From Oligoflexia bacterium (GTDB taxonomy: Bacteria; Bdellovibrionota; UBA1018), in assembly GCA_043732485.1 (NCBI GenBank), contig JAYTHP010000026.1, forward strand, positions 1 through 19,217: DNA of 19,217 nt, written 5' to 3'. This document shows positions 17,275 through 19,217 of this stretch, in pieces. Both the position numbers and the translations under genes were made by a program. Each line of letters begins with the position of its first letter. Position 1 is the stretch's first letter. Below the pieces are notes generated by a model. It was not told the DNA's origin. It saw nothing but the letters and a program-made list of their open reading frames with translations, and searched no databases.

Positions 17275-18916
17275 CAGCCCCCGATAGCTTGGCCAAGGGA
17301 GGTTCGTGGTCGAGGTAAAAACGCAAAGCCTCAGCGGCCAGATAAGAAGATTTCACTGTCCATTGCTTCTCATGAATCGTTAAAACTGCAAGTGCAATCT
17401 GACGAGGCCCCCGCAAGCCATAACCAATAAACCAATCGACCTTGCCCTCAGGATCCTTCCCGTGGAGAGAGCCGGTCTTGCCGCCCACCTCAAGCTCACT
17501 GGGAAGCACCGGAACCTTAAACCCGACCACAGTTCCGACCGAAGAGCCGACCGACCTCAGCAAGCGACCGCCCACCCCTGCTAATCCTTTTCTTTTCGAG
17601 AAAAAGCCGCGAAACGAGCGGCGCGACGTGCCATGCAACACAGTTTCACTCATCAACTGCTTGACCTCTTGCGCCGTCTCACTTTTCATCGTGCGGGCGC
17701 TCACTTCCGGTTGCGCCTCGTAAAGCACCTGCCCTTGAGGCGCAGTGATTTTTTTCACAAAATATGGCTCCATCATTACCCCTTGATTGGCCACCGAAGC
17801 CGCCATAAGAGCGCCTTGTAACGGACTTAAGGTAGTGTCTTGCGTAAACCCTGAAGCGGTCTCTGCCAGCCCCCAAACATCAGGCGGGATCAGCGCCTGC
17901 CCCTCCCGGAAACTAAAATCACTGCCAATCTGGCGATTGAACCCGAAGCGAAAGGCGTAATTGCGCAACGTCTCTTGTCCTAGCTCGTAAACCCCAAGCT
18001 TGCCAAAATAAGGATTCACCGACTGGGCAAAAGCCTCTTTCAGCGTCAAAAAGTGCGTCCAGCGGGAGGTTGCCTGACCAAAAATCTGCTGCCGATACAA
18101 GGTATGGTGGCGACCGTTAATGGGCAGCACGGAATCTTGGGAAAAATGCTTCTCCTCAATCACCGCAGTTGCCGTCACGAGCTTAAACAACGACGCCGCT
18201 GGAAAAGAACCTTTTAAGATTAAATTCTCCTTCAAAGCTTCACTTTTGGCAAAACTAACCGCAGCCAGCACCGCTCCTGAGCGCGGATCAAGCGCAACAA
18301 AAGCACCATAATCTACCCCGTACTGCTGAAACAAGCGCTCCATCCTCTGCTGGAGCTTCTCATCCCAAGCGTACTCCACCGTGAGCCCTGCTGATGCGCC
18401 GCCCGCTTTGCTTAAAGCACCCGCGCCAGCACCAGCACCAGCAACAATCACCCCACCACCCCCTCCACTCACGCCAGCAAAGTCGTTTATGCTCTCAGGA
18501 TCAGTGGGCACGCCTAAGCGCCGCAGCTTGCTCCCGAGCCGATTGCCGGCAAGTTGCAAAAGCGGCGTTAAGTGCAAGGTGTTGGGAAAAAAGTCTCGCG
18601 CTGCTGCTGCTGCTGCTTGCACCGGTTCAGACTGAAACGGTGCAAGCCGTAACTGCTCGCGCACCAGTTCAGCCACGTCTTGCTTGGACAAACCGTCTTC
18701 GAGGCTTCGTGTTTTTGCGCCACTGGCTCCTCCCCTCCCTGCGCCGTCCACCGCAATGGCCACCGCTGGGAACAAAAGGGCATTTAGCGCGCCAGGTGGC
18801 GGTAACCCTGTGACCTGCTCGGTGCGTCCGACCACTGCCTTAAGACTACCAGGTCGCCAGTCACCAGCCATCAGGGTTAAACCAAGGCCGGCGACCACCC
18901 CTGTGATCATCATCAT
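17258..18916 (-). CDS. Penicillin-binding protein, transpeptidase-domain (PbpA-like class B) with an N-terminal membrane anchor
   Basis: SxxK (PAASLFK), SxN (AQSVN) and KTG (GGKTGS), plus 'FVALDPRSGAVLA' and 'SPLQGA'. Hydrophobic N-terminus MMMITGVVAGLGLTLMAG starts at 18916. The ORF-track extension to 19186 is the antisense shadow of a foreign plus-strand frame, and the native 5' end may be missing. Confidence 0.88.
   Translation of the reverse strand: MMMITGVVAGLGLTLMAGDWRPGSLKAVVGRTEQVTGLPPPGALNALLFPAVAIAVDGAGRGGASGAKTRSLEDGLSKQDVAELVREQLRLAPFQSEPVQAAAAAARDFFPNTLHLTPLLQLAGNRLGSKLRRLGVPTDPESINDFAGVSGGGGGVIVAGAGAGAGALSKAGGASAGLTVEYAWDEKLQQRMERLFQQYGVDYGAFVALDPRSGAVLAAVSFAKSEALKENLILKGSFPAASLFKLVTATAVIEEKHFSQDSVLPINGRHHTLYRQQIFGQATSRWTHFLTLKEAFAQSVNPYFGKLGVYELGQETLRNYAFRFGFNRQIGSDFSFREGQALIPPDVWGLAETASGFTQDTTLSPLQGALMAASVANQGVMMEPYFVKKITAPQGQVLYEAQPEVSARTMKSETAQEVKQLMSETVLHGTSRRSFRGFFSKRKGLAGVGGRLLRSVGSSVGTVVGFKVPVLPSELEVGGKTGSLHGKDPEGKVDWFIGYGLRGPRQIALAVLTIHEKQWTVKSSYLAAEALRFYLDHEPPLAKLSGADEAHE
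18600..18617. repeat. (GCT)6 microsatellite encoding poly-Ala in the PBP N-terminal region
   Basis: GCTGCTGCTGCTGCTGCT; the protein reads QAAAAAAR. Confidence 0.85.
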
Positions 18917-18919
18917 CAA

Positions 18920-19217
18920 GGCAGTGTGGTCAACGCCGGTTACCACTGGCGCAAGGGCACCTACGCCGAGCACGAGGTCACCAGCCGGGACGGCAGCTAC
19001 ACCTACACCGTCGGCACCGCCACCTTCACTCACCTGTTCAGCGGCGAGACCGTGGTGAAGGAACTCCAAGAAATCTACGCAGGCAGCCGCACAGACGGGC
19101 ACACCACCCAGAGCTACCAGAACCTCCAGTACATCCGGGGCCGCCTCGACCCCCAGATCAAGGCCACCCGGAGCTACATCGCCCACCAGGAGAACGTGGT
19201 TGCCAAGTGGACCGAGC
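18920..19217 (+). CDS. Partial hypothetical protein on a compositionally foreign segment (high-GC3, possibly actinobacterial or phage); runs off the window
   Basis: Stop-free frame GSVVNAGYHWRKGTYAEHEVTSRDGSYTYTVGTATFTHLFSGETVVKELQEIYAGSRTDGHTTQSYQNLQYIRGRLDPQIKATRSYIAHQENVVAKWTE. By hand count 90 of 99 codons end in G/C, all Tyr are TAC and all Lys are AAG. No SD-linked start is evident. Confidence 0.72.

Noticed and set aside
3087..19058. The many 60-160 aa ORFs overlapping dcw genes on either strand
   Set aside because: They lie within or mostly within well-supported conserved genes and have shadow-like composition with no independent evidence.
18917..19186. 90-aa N-terminal extension of the PBP in the ORF track (642 aa call)
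   Set aside because: It is the codon-aligned antisense shadow of the high-GC3 plus-strand frame, reads as Val/Gly/Ala-rich shadow sequence and has no RBS.

Overview
About 18.9 kb of this window is ordinary bacterial chromosome: a minus-strand division/cell-wall (dcw) cluster in the order class B-like PBP, rsmH, ftsL, ftsI, murE, mraY, murD, ftsW, murG, murC, murB. It converges on a plus-strand block made of the C-terminus of a probable M16 peptidase, an orphan lipoprotein and ddl. Gene order and protein style suggest a Bdellovibrionota/Oligoflexia-like or deltaproteobacteria-like diderm, but that is inference. The cluster differs from the canonical one: murF, mraZ and ftsQAZ are absent from the window, and ddl is inverted. 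The clearest anomaly is the last ~300 bp (~18918-19217), which switches to an open plus-strand reading frame missed by the ORF track, with ~64% GC and 90/99 G/C-ending codons. It looks like foreign (possibly actinobacterial or phage) DNA joined to the 5' end of the PBP gene, i.e. a chimeric junction or insertion. Other points: a 14-bp duplication over the murE start that creates a coupled mini-ORF, a TTGACA/TAACAT promoter predicting leaderless mraY where murF is missing, many 12-16 bp tandem duplications and low-complexity insertions in core proteins, and a G-run tract plus a 13-bp-stem hairpin at 495-629. I see no convincing new multi-gene system, CRISPR array, RNA gene or intact mobile element.
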